Shown: positions 10,860 to 22,004, counted from the stretch's first letter. The stretch is 64,000 nt of DNA from Nesterenkonia sp. (GCA_052089225.1 JBQCZP010000001.1:125478-189477), one strand, 5' to 3'. The notes: generated by a model not told the origin, from the letters alone. Numbers and translations are program-made.

Positions 10860-11821
10860 GCATCCCTGGATCTGAACCCCAGCCGCCTCAGGAGCCCGGC
10901 CCACTTCGATGGGCCGGGCTCCTGGTTTTGGGGAAGCTGTGTGGGCAGCTCTGCCAGGGCATCGTCGTCCACGTGGGCGGCCAGCCGCAGCGGAGTCGGC
11001 TCAGCACAGCCGTAGAGCTCCACGGCAAACTCTTCAGCGCTGGGGCGCTGCCCCGGTGGCGCACCCAAACAGTCCTCCAGCAGCTGCGCCAGCGCCAGCG
11101 GCAGATCCGGCTGCAGGGCGCCGAGCGGGGCGCGGTGCGGACCCTGATCCGGCCGCTGCCCGGTGAGAAGCTCCCAGGCCACCGCGGCCAGGGCAGCAAC
11201 GTCGTCGTCGGAGGAGCCGTGGGCTGACTCCATACCCAGCAGCGCGGCGTCCCCCAGGTCGGACAGCACCGGCCGGCCCTCGTAGCTGAGCAGAATGTTC
11301 GCCGCGCTGACGTCGCCGTGGCAGGCGCCCAGTCGGTGCAGATGCTCCAACGCTGAGCCCACCGGTGTCAGCGCGGTCACCACTGCTCCCAGGTCAAGAG
11401 GAGGCAAGGACCGCAGCAGCTGTGCCAGCGAGCCTGCCGGGTAGGCATCCATCAGCACACCGGGAACACCAGATGTTCGGATCAGACCCCAGGGGCGCAC
11501 CACATGGTTGTGGCTCAGCGGAATCATCGCCTCCAGCTCCTCGCGGCCGCTGCGCAGGCTCATCACGGTGCGCGGTCGTTCCAGCGGCACTTTCAGCGCC
11601 AACTGCGGAGGAACCTCAGCGCCACCCGACACCCATACGACGCCGGAGTCCGCGCGGGGATCCGCTGTGGGTCCGGGGCGCACCAGCCACACTGCGGCGC
11701 GGCCGCCGACACCCAGCAGGCGCAGCACAGTCAGTCCCGGCACCTGGGGCGGGGCCAGCGCTCCGGCGGGACCCCAAGGTTCGGTCGCAGCGGCTGGACT
11801 GGAGCTCTGGTGCAGACTCAT
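10763..11821 (-). CDS. Ser/Thr protein kinase-like protein, degenerate and probably C-terminally truncated
   Basis: [11 protein letters not shown] (G-loop), [16 protein letters not shown] (catalytic loop), LSDLG (DFG-like); start re-called to ATG 11821. Confidence 0.75.
   Translation of the reverse strand: MSLHQSSSPAAATEPWGPAGALAPPQVPGLTVLRLLGVGGRAAVWLVRPGPTADPRADSGVVWVSGGAEVPPQLALKVPLERPRTVMSLRSGREELEAMIPLSHNHVVRPWGLIRTSGVPGVLMDAYPAGSLAQLLRSLPPLDLGAVVTALTPVGSALEHLHRLGACHGDVSAANILLSYEGRPVLSDLGDAALLGMESAHGSSDDDVAALAAVAWELLTGQRPDQGPHRAPLGALQPDLPLALAQLLEDCLGAPPGQRPSAEEFAVELYGCAEPTPLRLAAHVDDDALAELPTQLPQNQEPGPSKWAGLLRRLGFRSRDAQRPSWASKLPSSKRAFRVWRKRPASAPSTIR
10889..10924. terminator. Hairpin terminator downstream of sucB, lying inside the kinase ORF tail
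   Basis: 15-bp perfect stem CAGGAGCCCGGCCCA / TGGGCCGGGCTCCTG followed by GTTTT. Confidence 0.75.
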
Positions 11822-11953
11822 CACTCCACCCTGCCGCGAATCGTCGAATCCTGCAGGCGATATCCACAGGTAGAGGCCGCAGAACACATGACCCTGACGT
11901 GATGCTGTGACTTACGACGTTATCCACCCTGATCAGGGGCGTAGGGTAGGGAC

Positions 11954-12682
11954 ATGAACCTTCCGACCCGATATCTCGGCTTTGCGCCGGAGCTGGTCGA
12001 CTACGCCGAGGCGCTGACGCTGCAGCGCAGCCTGCACGCGCAGGTGCTCGGCGCAGCGGCACCCTCCACTCTGCTGCTGCTGGAGCACGCCGACGTCTAC
12101 ACGGCGGGCAAGCGCACCGACCCTGAAGACCGCCCGAAGGACGGCACACCGGTGATCGACGTAGACCGGGGTGGGAAGATCACCTGGCACGGTCGGGGTC
12201 AGCTGGTCGGCTACCCGATCCTGAAGCTGCGGGACCGCGCACTGGTCAAGGACTACGTGTGCGCCCTGGAGCAGGCAATCATCACAGTCCTCGCCGAGGA
12301 CTTTGGGCTCACCGGCGAGCGGGTCGATGGGCGCTCCGGGGTGTGGATCACCGGCGGCGGTGCTGATAGGAAGATCGCGGCGGTCGGAATCCGCGTTCAC
12401 CAGTCAGTGACCACCCACGGATTCGCACTGAACTGCTCCAACGATCTGGCTCCCTTCAGCAATATCGTCCCCTGCGGCATCGCCGATGCCGGCACTACGA
12501 CGATCAGTGCTGAACTGGGACGCACCGTGACCCCCGCAGACGTCTGCGAACGCATCGCGGCGGAACTGCAGCGCACCCTGCCGAACTACATCGTGTCAGA
12601 GGAGAACGCGCCCTCACTCCAGTGCGCTGAGGGACGTTCTGCCGAATCATTGTCGCAGCCGAAGGAAGGAACCCCCTCGTGA
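11954..12682 (+). CDS. lipB: Lipoyl(octanoyl) transferase
   Basis: [23 protein letters not shown] and IVPCG motifs. Confidence 0.96.
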   Translation: MNLPTRYLGFAPELVDYAEALTLQRSLHAQVLGAAAPSTLLLLEHADVYTAGKRTDPEDRPKDGTPVIDVDRGGKITWHGRGQLVGYPILKLRDRALVKDYVCALEQAIITVLAEDFGLTGERVDGRSGVWITGGGADRKIAAVGIRVHQSVTTHGFALNCSNDLAPFSNIVPCGIADAGTTTISAELGRTVTPADVCERIAAELQRTLPNYIVSEENAPSLQCAEGRSAESLSQPKEGTPS

Positions 12683-13722
12683 GCGGATGTGCCCCAAGCT
12701 CCAGTGCCTCAGCCGGAACCCTGGCCCCCGAAGGGCGCAGGATGCTGCGAGTAGAGGCGAAGAACGCCGCTACCCCGGTGGAGCGGAAGCCGGAATGGAT
12801 GCGGACCAAGGTCACCATGGGCCCAGAGTTCGCCGAGATGAAGCGGCGTGTGGGAGGCAAGGGCCTGCACACGGTCTGCGAGGAGGCCGGCTGCCCGAAT
12901 ATCTTTGAATGTTGGGAGGATCGCGAAGCGACGTTCCTCATCGGCGGATCCGCCTGCACCCGCCGCTGCGACTTCTGCGAGATCGACACCGGCCGGCCCG
13001 CGGCACTCGATGAGGCTGAGCCGCTGCAGGTCGCCGAGTCCGTCAGAGAGATGGAGCTGCGCTACGCCACCGTCACCGGTGTGGCACGGGATGACCTGCC
13101 CGACGGCGGAGCCTGGCTGTATGCCGAAACCATCCGGAAGATCCACGAGCTCAACCCCGGCACCGGCGTCGAGATCCTGATCCCGGACTTCAACGGGGTC
13201 CCGGAGAACATCAGTGCCATCACCGAGGCCAAGCCGGAGGTCTTCGCCCACAACGTGGAGACCGTGCCGCGCATCTTTCGCCGGATCCGCCCGGCGTTCC
13301 GCTACGAACGCTCACTGGATGTGCTCACCCAGGGCCGCAGGGAGGGCATGATCACCAAATCCAACCTCATCCTGGGTATGGGCGAGACGCGTGAAGAGAT
13401 CAGCGAGGCGCTGCAGGACCACCACGACGCCGGCTGTGATCTGCTCACCATCACCCAGTACCTGCGTCCCACTCCCCGGCACCTGCCGGTGGACCGATGG
13501 GTCAAGCCCCAGGAGTTCATGGAGATCTCACAGGAGGCCGAAGAGATCGGCTTCCTCGGTGTGATGTCCGGGCCCCTGGTCCGCTCCTCCTACCGGGCCG
13601 GATCCCTGTGGGCCAAGGCCATGCAGAAGAAGGGCTGGGAGGTCCCCGAGGAGCTGGCTCACATTCAGCCCTCCGGCCAGACCAAGCAGGAGGCTGCCAC
13701 GCTGGTGGCGGCAGGCTTCTGA
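12679..13722 (+). CDS. lipA: Lipoyl synthase (radical SAM)
   Basis: [20 protein letters not shown] and C-terminal RSSY; 4-nt overlap with lipB. Confidence 0.97.
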   Translation: MSGCAPSSSASAGTLAPEGRRMLRVEAKNAATPVERKPEWMRTKVTMGPEFAEMKRRVGGKGLHTVCEEAGCPNIFECWEDREATFLIGGSACTRRCDFCEIDTGRPAALDEAEPLQVAESVREMELRYATVTGVARDDLPDGGAWLYAETIRKIHELNPGTGVEILIPDFNGVPENISAITEAKPEVFAHNVETVPRIFRRIRPAFRYERSLDVLTQGRREGMITKSNLILGMGETREEISEALQDHHDAGCDLLTITQYLRPTPRHLPVDRWVKPQEFMEISQEAEEIGFLGVMSGPLVRSSYRAGSLWAKAMQKKGWEVPEELAHIQPSGQTKQEAATLVAAGF

Positions 13723-13763
13723 GAGCAGCTGCGTCTGGGGATTATTGAGGCCCATCGGATACG

Positions 13764-14567
13764 ATGGACAACATCATGGCAGACAAATCCTCCGTTACCG
13801 AGCCCACCTCGAAGCAGGCAGCCAAGGCTGAGCTGAAGAAGCTGCGCGAGCAGCAGAAGGTCGACAGCAAGAAGCGCAAGAAGAATAAGAAGGCCAAGGG
13901 TGAGGGCTTCTTTGCCCGCATCAAGCAGGTCTTCAGCATGACCCGGGCGCATGATCCGAACATCGTCTGGTGGATGCTGCTTGCCGCCCTGCTGACCTTC
14001 GCGGTGGCGTTCGTTCTGGTCACGCTGGTGCTCAATTGGATCACTGCCCTGCTGGTGGCCACACCCTTTGCGCTGCTTGCCGCCATGATCGTGATGAACC
14101 GGCGCGCTGAGAAGGCGGCCTTCGCCCGCATCGAAGGCCGTCCAGGTGCTGCGGCGGCTGCGCTGAATACCCTGCGCCGAGGCTGGGTGGTCTCCGAGGA
14201 GCCGATCGCCATGGACGCCAAGACGCAGGACGCCATATTCCGGGTTGTCGGCAAACCCGGCGTCATCCTGGTCACTGAAGGTCCCCCGAACCGGGTGAAG
14301 AAGATGGTGGAGAAGACGCGTAAGCGTCTGCGGCCTGTGCTGCGCAACGAGGTGCCCATCGTGGTGGTGGAGTCCGGTCGTGTTGGGCACCAGGTCCCGC
14401 TGCCGAAGCTGACCAAGCACCTCAAGAAGCTGGATAAGAAGCTCACCAAGCATGAGGTCCACGAGATTGAGCGCCGGCTCGCGGCTCTGCCGATCTCCAA
14501 ACCGCCCATCCCCAAGGGTGTTGACCCCTATCGCTCACGGCCGGACCGCAAAGCCCTGCGCGGCTGA
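13764..14567 (+). CDS. DUF4191-family membrane protein
   Basis: Lys-rich N-terminus, two TM helices, IEGRPGAAAAAL and GKPGVILVTEG; usual position after lipA; start could be 13776. Confidence 0.8.
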   Translation: MDNIMADKSSVTEPTSKQAAKAELKKLREQQKVDSKKRKKNKKAKGEGFFARIKQVFSMTRAHDPNIVWWMLLAALLTFAVAFVLVTLVLNWITALLVATPFALLAAMIVMNRRAEKAAFARIEGRPGAAAAALNTLRRGWVVSEEPIAMDAKTQDAIFRVVGKPGVILVTEGPPNRVKKMVEKTRKRLRPVLRNEVPIVVVESGRVGHQVPLPKLTKHLKKLDKKLTKHEVHEIERRLAALPISKPPIPKGVDPYRSRPDRKALRG

Positions 14568-14752
14568 GGAACCTGTTCTGGTAGACTAAGACGTTGTCTG
14601 GCAGGCGGAAGCATGTCTTCCCGTCGAAGTGATCGAGCAATCGGCAGCTCGAGCTCTCCCAATGAACACCGTCCGGAGGCCAGGAGCTGCTCATGACTGC
14701 CATGGGCAGCGGATAACAGGATGCCGTCGAAGAAGAGCAGAAAGAGGCACTG

Positions 14753-15382
14753 ATGCCTACCACTCCCCTGCGCAGTCGTCGTACTGTGAAGGCCAGCCGC
14801 GCCCTCGGCGTCGCGCTGACACCTAAGGCCCAGAAGTACCTGGACCGCCGCCCCTACGGACCCGGCCAGCACGGCCGCACCCGCCGCAGAGCCGACTCTG
14901 ACTACTCGGTGCGTAAGCGTGAGAAGCAGCGTCTTCGCGCTCAGTACGGCATCCGCGAGGCTCAGATGATTCGCTACTACGAAGAGGCCGGGCGCCAGGA
15001 CGGGCTGACCGGTGAGACCCTCATCGAAATGCTGGAGTCTCGGCTGGACGCCCTGGTGCTGCGTTCCGGCTTCGCCCGCACCATCGCCCAGGCACGGCAG
15101 TTCGTGGTCCACCGCCACATCGTCGTCAACGGCAAGCGTGTGGACCGCCCGTCGTTCCGCGTCAAGCCTGGCCAGATGATCCACGTGCACGAGCGCAGCA
15201 ACAAGTTCGAACCGTTCCAGGTCGCTGCGGCCGGCGCTCATCAGGAGGTGCTGCCGGAGGTCCCCGGCTACCTGACCGTTGAGATCGAGAAGCTGCAGGC
15301 TACGCTGAGCCGCAAGCCGACCCGCGCAGAGATCCCGGTGACCTGCGAGGAGCAGCTCGTGGTCGAGTACTACGCCCGCTGA
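14753..15382 (+). CDS. rpsD: 30S ribosomal protein S4
   Basis: PYGPGQHG, EKQRLRAQYG and LESRLDALVLRSGFARTIAQARQFVVHRHI. Confidence 0.97.
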   Translation: MPTTPLRSRRTVKASRALGVALTPKAQKYLDRRPYGPGQHGRTRRRADSDYSVRKREKQRLRAQYGIREAQMIRYYEEAGRQDGLTGETLIEMLESRLDALVLRSGFARTIAQARQFVVHRHIVVNGKRVDRPSFRVKPGQMIHVHERSNKFEPFQVAAAGAHQEVLPEVPGYLTVEIEKLQATLSRKPTRAEIPVTCEEQLVVEYYAR

Positions 15383-15395
15383 TCCTTCGGCTGCT

Positions 15396-15442
15396 GCACA
15401 GAGCCCGTCGCATTCTCCTCCGGGAGGCGGCGGGCTCTGTGC
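15396..15442 (+). terminator. Hairpin downstream of rpsD
   Basis: GCACAGAGCCCGTCG pairs with CGGCGGGCTCTGTGC (one G-U); no strong U-tract. Confidence 0.55.
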
Positions 15443-15506
15443 GTTCGACGTAAACTTGATCTGACAGACGAACCGGCGCATCAACGACAAGGACACCGAC
15501 ACTTCG

Positions 15507-18203
15507 ATGAAGTCTCAGGAGATCACCCGCACCTGGTACGACTACTTCATGGCTAAGGACCACACCAAAGTGCCCTCAGCCTCGCTGGTCTCCCCAGAGC
15601 CGTCCCTGCTGTTCACCATCGCTGGCATGGTGCCCTTCATCCCGTACTTCACCGGTGTGCAGACGCCGCCCTACGATCGGGCGGTCTCGGTGCAGAAGTG
15701 CATCCGGACCGAAGACATCGAAGAAGTCGGCAAGACGGCCCGCCACGGCACGTTCTTCCAAATGTGCGGCAACTTCTCCTTCGGCGACTACTTCAAAGAA
15801 CAGGCCATCCCGATGGCCTGGGAGCTGCTGACCACGGCTGCGGACGGCGATCCCCAGACGGGGCTGCGCGGCTTCGGCCTGGACCCGCAGCGGCTGTGGG
15901 TCACCGTCTACGAGCACGACGACGAGGCCTACGCGATCTGGCGCGACGATGTCGGCGTTCCCGCAGAACGGATCCAACGGTTCGGCCCGGAGGACAACTA
16001 CTGGACCACCGGCCAGCCCGGCCCGGGCGGACCCTGCTCGGAGATCTACTACGACCGAGGACCCGAGTACGGCTCCGCCGGCGGCCCTGCCGCAGACGAA
16101 AATCGCTATGTGGAGATCTGGAACCTGGTCTTCATGCAGTACCGGCTCTCCGCGGTGCGCTCCAAGACCGACTTTGAGGTGGCAGGCCCCCTGGAGAACC
16201 AGAGCATCGACACCGGTCTGGGACTGGAGCGGCTGGCGATGATTCTCCAAGGTGTGGAGAACATGTATGAGACCGACCAGGTGCGGCCGGTGCTGGACCG
16301 CGCCGCTGAGCTGGCGTCGGTGACCTATACCTCCACTGAGGACCCCGCTGATGCGAATCACAGCACCGATGTGCGCCTGCGCATGATCGCCGACCACACG
16401 CGCAGCGCACTGATGCTCATCTCCGACGGCGTGCGCCCCTCCAACGAAGGCGGCGGCTACATTCTTCGCCGGCTCATTCGCCGGGTGATCCTGGGCATGC
16501 GGCTGCTGGGAGTGGAGAAGCCGGTATTCGGCGACCTCCTCGACGTCTCCAAAGAGGCCATGAAGGCCGTCTACCCCGTGGTTGAGGAGCGGTTCGACTC
16601 CTTCCGCGCCACTGCGGTGAAGGAGGAGCAGGCCTTCCTGCGCACCATCTCCGCGGGCACCGCCCGGCTGGACACTGCGGTGGCACAGGCGAAGAAGTCA
16701 GGTTCGGCGCTGAAGGGAGATGACGCCTTCGCGCTGCACGACACCTACGGCTTCCCCATCGACCTCACTCTGGAAATGGCCGAGGAGGCCGGCGTCACCG
16801 TAGATCGGGAGACGTTCACCCAGCTGATGGCGCAGCAGCGCAGCCGCGCCCAGGCCGATGCGCGGTCGAAGAAGTCCGGACACGCCGACACCGAGCTGTA
16901 CCGCGGACTGCTGGGGGACTCGCCCACCATCTTCACCGGATACACCGAGGCTCAGAGCGAATCCCGAATCCGCGGCATACTGGCCGGCGGTGAGTACCGG
17001 CGCAGCGCCGCCGCCGGAGAAGAGATCGAAGTCGTTCTCGACGCCACGCCCTTCTACGCAGAGGCCGGAGGCCAGGCACCGGACACCGGGCGCATCACCG
17101 GTGACGGATTCATCCTCGACGTCCTGGACGTGCAGTCCCCCATGCAGGGCCTGGCCGTGCACCGGGCGAAGGTCGTTGACGGCGAGGTCGCCGTCGGAGC
17201 TCAGGCGCTGGGTGCCATCGACGTGCGACGCCGTCTCGACGCCGAGAAGGCGCACTCTGCCACGCACATCGTTCATGCAGCACTGCATGACGTTCTGGGA
17301 CCGGAGGCCGTGCAGGCCGGCTCGTTCAACAAGGAGGGCTACCTGCGATTCGACTTCACTCACGATGAGGCCCTCTCCCCCGCAGCCCGCCAGGAGCTGG
17401 AGGAGGCCTCCAACGTGGCTGTTCGTGACAACTACACCGTGCAGAGCAGAGTCATGCCCCTGGAGGAGGCCGAAGCCATGGGCGCCATGATGCTCTTCGG
17501 GGAGAAGTACGGGGATCAGGTCCGGGTGGTGGAGATGAACGGCTCCTGGTCCCGTGAGCTCTGCGCAGGCACCCACGTCGAATCCACCGCCGAGATCGGC
17601 ACCCTGGCGCTGATGTCTGAGGCGTCCGTCGGCTCAGGAAACCGTCGCGTGGAGGCTTTGGTCGGCCTGGACGCATTCCGGCACTTCGCCGCCGAGCGGA
17701 CCTTGGTCAACCAGCTGACCGAGATGCTCAAAGTTCCTGCCGATCAGGTTCCGGAACGAATCTCCTCCACGCTGCAGAAGCTGAAGGACACTGAGCGTGA
17801 GCTGGAGCGGCTGCGGGCCGAGCAGCTGCGCGCCCAGGCGGGGCAGCTGATGGACAGCGCCGTGGACGCCGACGGGGTGGCTGTCATTGCCCACAACGCC
17901 GGTGAGGCCAGCGGCGACGACCTGCGGCAGCTGGTCCTGGACCTGCGCGGACGCTTCGGCAGCCGTGCAGGGGTGGTCGCAGCCGCTGGTGAGTCCAAGG
18001 GCAGGCCGGTCATCGTCATCGCCACCACGGAGGAAGCACGCAGCGAAGGGATCTCAGCAGGCGACTTGGTGAAGCGGGCCTGCGCAGTCCTCGGCGGCGG
18101 AGGCGGGGGAAAGCCCGATCTCGCCCAGGGGGGCGGTCAGGACGTCTCGAAGGTCTCCGAGGCACTGGACCGGGTGACCTCCGATGTGCGAAGCCGCACC
18201 TGA
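15507..18203 (+). CDS. alaS: Alanine--tRNA ligase
   Basis: LLFTIAGMVPF, QKCIRT, GTFFQMCGNFSFGDYFK, editing motifs HSATH and ELCAGTH, C-terminal GGGGGGKPDLAQGGG. Confidence 0.98.
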   Translation: MKSQEITRTWYDYFMAKDHTKVPSASLVSPEPSLLFTIAGMVPFIPYFTGVQTPPYDRAVSVQKCIRTEDIEEVGKTARHGTFFQMCGNFSFGDYFKEQAIPMAWELLTTAADGDPQTGLRGFGLDPQRLWVTVYEHDDEAYAIWRDDVGVPAERIQRFGPEDNYWTTGQPGPGGPCSEIYYDRGPEYGSAGGPAADENRYVEIWNLVFMQYRLSAVRSKTDFEVAGPLENQSIDTGLGLERLAMILQGVENMYETDQVRPVLDRAAELASVTYTSTEDPADANHSTDVRLRMIADHTRSALMLISDGVRPSNEGGGYILRRLIRRVILGMRLLGVEKPVFGDLLDVSKEAMKAVYPVVEERFDSFRATAVKEEQAFLRTISAGTARLDTAVAQAKKSGSALKGDDAFALHDTYGFPIDLTLEMAEEAGVTVDRETFTQLMAQQRSRAQADARSKKSGHADTELYRGLLGDSPTIFTGYTEAQSESRIRGILAGGEYRRSAAAGEEIEVVLDATPFYAEAGGQAPDTGRITGDGFILDVLDVQSPMQGLAVHRAKVVDGEVAVGAQALGAIDVRRRLDAEKAHSATHIVHAALHDVLGPEAVQAGSFNKEGYLRFDFTHDEALSPAARQELEEASNVAVRDNYTVQSRVMPLEEAEAMGAMMLFGEKYGDQVRVVEMNGSWSRELCAGTHVESTAEIGTLALMSEASVGSGNRRVEALVGLDAFRHFAAERTLVNQLTEMLKVPADQVPERISSTLQKLKDTERELERLRAEQLRAQAGQLMDSAVDADGVAVIAHNAGEASGDDLRQLVLDLRGRFGSRAGVVAAAGESKGRPVIVIATTEEARSEGISAGDLVKRACAVLGGGGGGKPDLAQGGGQDVSKVSEALDRVTSDVRSRT

Positions 18204-18695
18204 ATGAGCACCCGGCGCGCCGGCGTCCGCCTCGCCGTCGACGTGGGTGAGGTGAGAGTGGGTCTTGCCGCCTCGGATCCGGATGCCCTGCTGGCCACAC
18301 CAGTGATGACGCTTCGCCGGGATGCCAAGCGCTCCTCAGACCAGCGGCTGCTGACCAAGATCGCTCGCGACCGGGACGCGCAGGTGATCTACGTGGGACT
18401 CCCCCTGTCACTCTCCTCAGCTGAGACGGCCTCCACGCAGAAGGCCCGAAACTATGCGTCGGGTCTGGCCGTGCGGCTGAGACAGGCCGGCCTGGATGCT
18501 CAGGTGCGTCTGGTGGACGAGCGGCTCTCCACCGTCTCGGCCGCGGAGAAGATGCGCGCGGCAGGAGTGGCGGCGAAGCACCAGCGCAGCAGCATCGATC
18601 AGGCCGCCGCAGTCGAGATCCTCACCCATGCCCTGGATATGCGTGCCTCCTTGGGGACGGAACCGGGTGAGCCGGTGATCAGCGAAGCAGACTGA
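18204..18695 (+). CDS. ruvX: Holliday junction resolvase RuvX/YqgF
   Basis: LAVDVGEVRVGLA, VGLP, VDERLST and IDQAAA motifs; abuts alaS. Confidence 0.93.
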   Translation: MSTRRAGVRLAVDVGEVRVGLAASDPDALLATPVMTLRRDAKRSSDQRLLTKIARDRDAQVIYVGLPLSLSSAETASTQKARNYASGLAVRLRQAGLDAQVRLVDERLSTVSAAEKMRAAGVAAKHQRSSIDQAAAVEILTHALDMRASLGTEPGEPVISEAD

Positions 18696-18793
18696 GCCGG
18701 CGGCCGTGCCGTTGTGGGAGCGCTCGTCCGCAGTTCTCCACAGGCCGTGGCACGCCTCTTGTGCCGCGGCAGGTCAGCGACCATTCTTAATCT

Positions 18794-19531
18794 ATGGTCA
18801 CCGCAGCCGCTGTCACAGGTATCTACCGCCCCGGTTATCCCTTCACCGCCGCTGAGCTTCAGACGATGACCGGTCAGGGCGTTCTGCGCCATATGCTCGC
18901 CGACGTCTACGCTGAATGCCGTCTGCCGGAGACCGGGGCGGTCAGGGCGACGGCGGCCGCGGCGCTGCTGAGCACGACGCTTCGCGCCCGCGGAGCTCTG
19001 TGCGGTGAGACGGCTGCCTGGGTGCATCTGGGCCTGGCCCCGCCGCACCGGGCACAGGTGATCACTCAGGGAGTGTATCGTCGCCCCACCGACGGTGCAT
19101 GGCAGGTTTATCAGGTCCCACTGACCCAGGACGAGACGCAGCGGACCGGGCGCATGGTCACCACAACGCCGACGCGCACGGCCGCAGACATCTACTGCGG
19201 CATCGGAGCCGCAGGAAGCCGCCGAAGCCTGGATCACCTGGTCGACGGTGAGGGACTCAACGATCAGCTCCTCTATTGGCCGAGCAGCGCCGATCCCCTC
19301 CACGAGCGGGACCACGGGGTCTGGAACGCCTCACCTGCCGACGAGCAGGGAACTGCGCATCGGATGAGCCTCATCGGTGAGCTGCTCCATCACTCTGCTG
19401 CGACTCAGGAAGGCGTCCTCGCAGCTGTGGTGCGCACATTGGCGCTCCCCGGTCTGCGGAGCAGGCGCGCAGCTCGTGCCGCCGACCTGTTGGATCAGTG
19501 CGCCTCGCGGCGCTTTCCCACTGTGCGATAG
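18794..19531 (+). CDS. Hypothetical protein resembling AbiEi (type IV TA antitoxin) C-terminal-type proteins
   Basis: [11 protein letters not shown] and [11 protein letters not shown] motifs; no partner toxin nearby; 3' end overlaps relA by 37 nt. Confidence 0.55.
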   Translation: MVTAAAVTGIYRPGYPFTAAELQTMTGQGVLRHMLADVYAECRLPETGAVRATAAAALLSTTLRARGALCGETAAWVHLGLAPPHRAQVITQGVYRRPTDGAWQVYQVPLTQDETQRTGRMVTTTPTRTAADIYCGIGAAGSRRSLDHLVDGEGLNDQLLYWPSSADPLHERDHGVWNASPADEQGTAHRMSLIGELLHHSAATQEGVLAAVVRTLALPGLRSRRAARAADLLDQCASRRFPTVR

Positions 19532-21948
19532 ACGTCGTAGACCCCGTCGATGCGGCGCACTGAGTTCAGCACGTGATTCAAATAGCGAGGGTCGCCCATC
19601 TCGAAGCTGAAGCGCGAGATCGCCACACGGTCGGTAGAGGTCTGCACCGTGGCGGAGAGGATGTTGACCTGAGACTCGGCCAGGATGTGCGTGACATCTG
19701 ACAGCAGCGACTTGCGGTCAAGGGCCTCGACCTGGATCTCCACCAGGAAGACGGAGCTCTTCGTCGGCGCCCACTCAACCTCCACCAGTCGGCCCGGCTC
19801 CTGGCGCAGCTGCTGCACATTGCGACAGTCTTGCCGGTGCACCGAAACGCCCTGGCCGCGGGTGACGAAACCCTCGATCGCATCCGGGGGCACCGGCGTA
19901 CAGCAGCGAGCCAGCTTCGCGAGCACGTTTCCAGCACCCTTGACGACCACTCCGGCGTCGGCGTACTCGCTCTTGCGCAGCGGCGGTGAGGTGATGGGAG
20001 TGGTGTCGTGCTCCTCGGACTCCTCATCCTCAGGCTCGAGGAGCGCGGTGAGGTGCTCCATCACATTCTGGGTGGACACATGGTCCTCCCCCACCCCTGC
20101 GTAGAGCCCGGAGACATCCGTATAGTGCAGCTCTTCGGCGACGGTGAGCAGCACGTCCGGGCTCATGACCTTCTGCAGCGGCAGATTCGATTTGCGAATC
20201 GTCTTGGTCAGGGCTTCCTTGCCGCGTTCGATAGATTCTTCGCGGCGCTCCTTGGAGAACCAGTGCCGGATCTTGTTTCGTGCCCGGGCGGACTTGACGA
20301 ACATGAGCCAGTCTTGGGACGGGCCCGCCCCCTCAGCCTTGGAGGTGAAGATTTCGACCCAGTCACCGTGCTGCAGCTCGGAGGTCAGGGGCACTAGCTT
20401 GCCGTTGATCCGGGCACCGATGGTCTTATGCCCGACGTCGGTGTGAATCACATAGGCGAAGTCCACCGGCGTGGCACCGGCGGGCAGTGAGATGACCTCG
20501 CCCTTGGGCGTATAGACGAAGACTTCGCGGGCGTTGATCTCGTAGCGCAGCGATTCCAGGAACTCATCCGGGTCCTTCGTCTCCGACTGCCAGTCCACCA
20601 GAGATCGCAGCCAGCTGATGTCTGCTGTGGCCTGATTCTGCTGCGTTGCCTGCGGGGAGCCGGAGATGTCCGCCGCAGCCGCGGCCGTGGCTCGGTCCGT
20701 CTCCGGCGGGCGGGACCCATCACCCTGAGCCTGCTTGTACTTCCAGTGGGCGGCCACACCGTACTCGGCCCGCCGGTGCATGTCGTAGGTCCGGATCTGG
20801 ACCTCCACCGGTTTGCCCTGCGGACCCAGCACGGTGGTGTGCAGCGACTGGTACATATTGAACTTGGGCATGGCAATGTAGTCCTTGAAGCGGCCGGGCA
20901 GCGGACTCCAGCGGGCATGCAGGGTGCCGAGTGCGGCATAGCAGTCGCGCACTGAGTCGACCAGCATACGTACACCCATCAGGTCGTGGATATCGTCGAA
21001 CTCGCGGCCGCGGACGATCATCTTCTGGTAGATGGAGTAGTAGTGCTTGGGGCGGCCGGTGATCGTTGCCGAGATATTGGCGGAGTTCAGATCATCGGCA
21101 ATGGTGGTGCGCACCTCGGAGAGGAACTTCTCACGCTGTGGAGTGCGGTCGCCGACCAGCCTGACGATCTCCTCATAGACCTTCGGATACAGGGCGGCGA
21201 AGGACAGATCCTCCAACTCCCACTTGATGGTGTTCATGCCCAGTCGGTGTGCCAGCGGCGAGAAGATCTCCAGGGTCTCCTTGGCCTTGCGCGCACTGGA
21301 TTCGGCGGCGACGTAGCGCCAGGTGCGCGCATTGTGGAGCCGATCGCCGAGCTTGATCATCAGCACGCGGATATCCTTGGCCATCGCCAGGACCATTTTG
21401 CGCACCGTCTCGGCCTGCGCCGCATCTCCGAACTTCAGCTTGTCCAGTTTGGTGACGCCGTCGACCAGCAGCGCGATCTCATCACCGAAGTCAGCTGTCA
21501 GACGCTCCAGCGAGTAGTCGGTGTCCTCCACCGTGTCATGCAGCAGGGCCGCGGCCAGGGTGGAGCCGTTGAGCCCCAATTCGGCAAGAATGGTGGCCAC
21601 CGCCACCGGGTGCGTGATGTAGGGGTCACCAGACTTGCGCCTCTGGTCCTGGTGATGATGCTGAGCGACATCGAACGCTCTGCGGATGAGGGGCAGATCC
21701 GCTTGCCCGTCGTTGGCCCGCATGGCACGCAGCAGCGGCTCCAGAAGGGGGGAGTCCTCCGAACTTTTCAGCGCGCCCACGCTGCGGCTGCGCCGCTGGG
21801 CGCCGGCCGGCCCCACAGGCCGGGCTGCCTGGCCCGTGGTGGACGCATTCTGCAGACTGTTGCCGTAGGCAGACCCCGAGGGCGCAGGCTCACCGGAAGC
21901 GGTCTCAGCTGCCGCCTGCTGTGTGGGCCGTGCGCCGTCGTCGTTCAC
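19495..21948 (-). CDS. relA: Bifunctional (p)ppGpp synthetase/hydrolase
   Basis: HPVAVA and LHDTVED (hydrolase), GRPKHYYSI and EVQIRT (synthetase), TGS (TPVDFAY), CC (LARCCTPVP) and ACT domains. Confidence 0.97.
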   Translation of the reverse strand: MNDDGARPTQQAAAETASGEPAPSGSAYGNSLQNASTTGQAARPVGPAGAQRRSRSVGALKSSEDSPLLEPLLRAMRANDGQADLPLIRRAFDVAQHHHQDQRRKSGDPYITHPVAVATILAELGLNGSTLAAALLHDTVEDTDYSLERLTADFGDEIALLVDGVTKLDKLKFGDAAQAETVRKMVLAMAKDIRVLMIKLGDRLHNARTWRYVAAESSARKAKETLEIFSPLAHRLGMNTIKWELEDLSFAALYPKVYEEIVRLVGDRTPQREKFLSEVRTTIADDLNSANISATITGRPKHYYSIYQKMIVRGREFDDIHDLMGVRMLVDSVRDCYAALGTLHARWSPLPGRFKDYIAMPKFNMYQSLHTTVLGPQGKPVEVQIRTYDMHRRAEYGVAAHWKYKQAQGDGSRPPETDRATAAAAADISGSPQATQQNQATADISWLRSLVDWQSETKDPDEFLESLRYEINAREVFVYTPKGEVISLPAGATPVDFAYVIHTDVGHKTIGARINGKLVPLTSELQHGDWVEIFTSKAEGAGPSQDWLMFVKSARARNKIRHWFSKERREESIERGKEALTKTIRKSNLPLQKVMSPDVLLTVAEELHYTDVSGLYAGVGEDHVSTQNVMEHLTALLEPEDEESEEHDTTPITSPPLRKSEYADAGVVVKGAGNVLAKLARCCTPVPPDAIEGFVTRGQGVSVHRQDCRNVQQLRQEPGRLVEVEWAPTKSSVFLVEIQVEALDRKSLLSDVTHILAESQVNILSATVQTSTDRVAISRFSFEMGDPRYLNHVLNSVRRIDGVYDVYRTVGKRREAH

Positions 21949-22004
21949 TTCCGAAGTGCCTACTCTCCCCCGACCAAAGATTCATCTGAACATTACGGAC
22001 AAGT

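Noticed and set aside
9330-10904. Long antisense ORFs over sucB (524 aa and 482 aa), and similar ones over pepA, thrS, cysK and dxs
   Set aside because: Expected stop-poor shadow frames in high-GC coding DNA; no motifs or RBS, and they fully overlap confident genes.
11860-11928. oriC suggested by DnaA-like boxes
   Set aside because: Only two imperfect boxes, no AT-rich unwinding element and no dnaA/dnaN; kept only as part of the candidate regulon.
14911-14925. S4 reads VRKREKQ where a Leu is usually recalled (VRLREKQ)
   Set aside because: A single substitution that cannot be judged without an alignment; could be lineage variation or a sequencing error.
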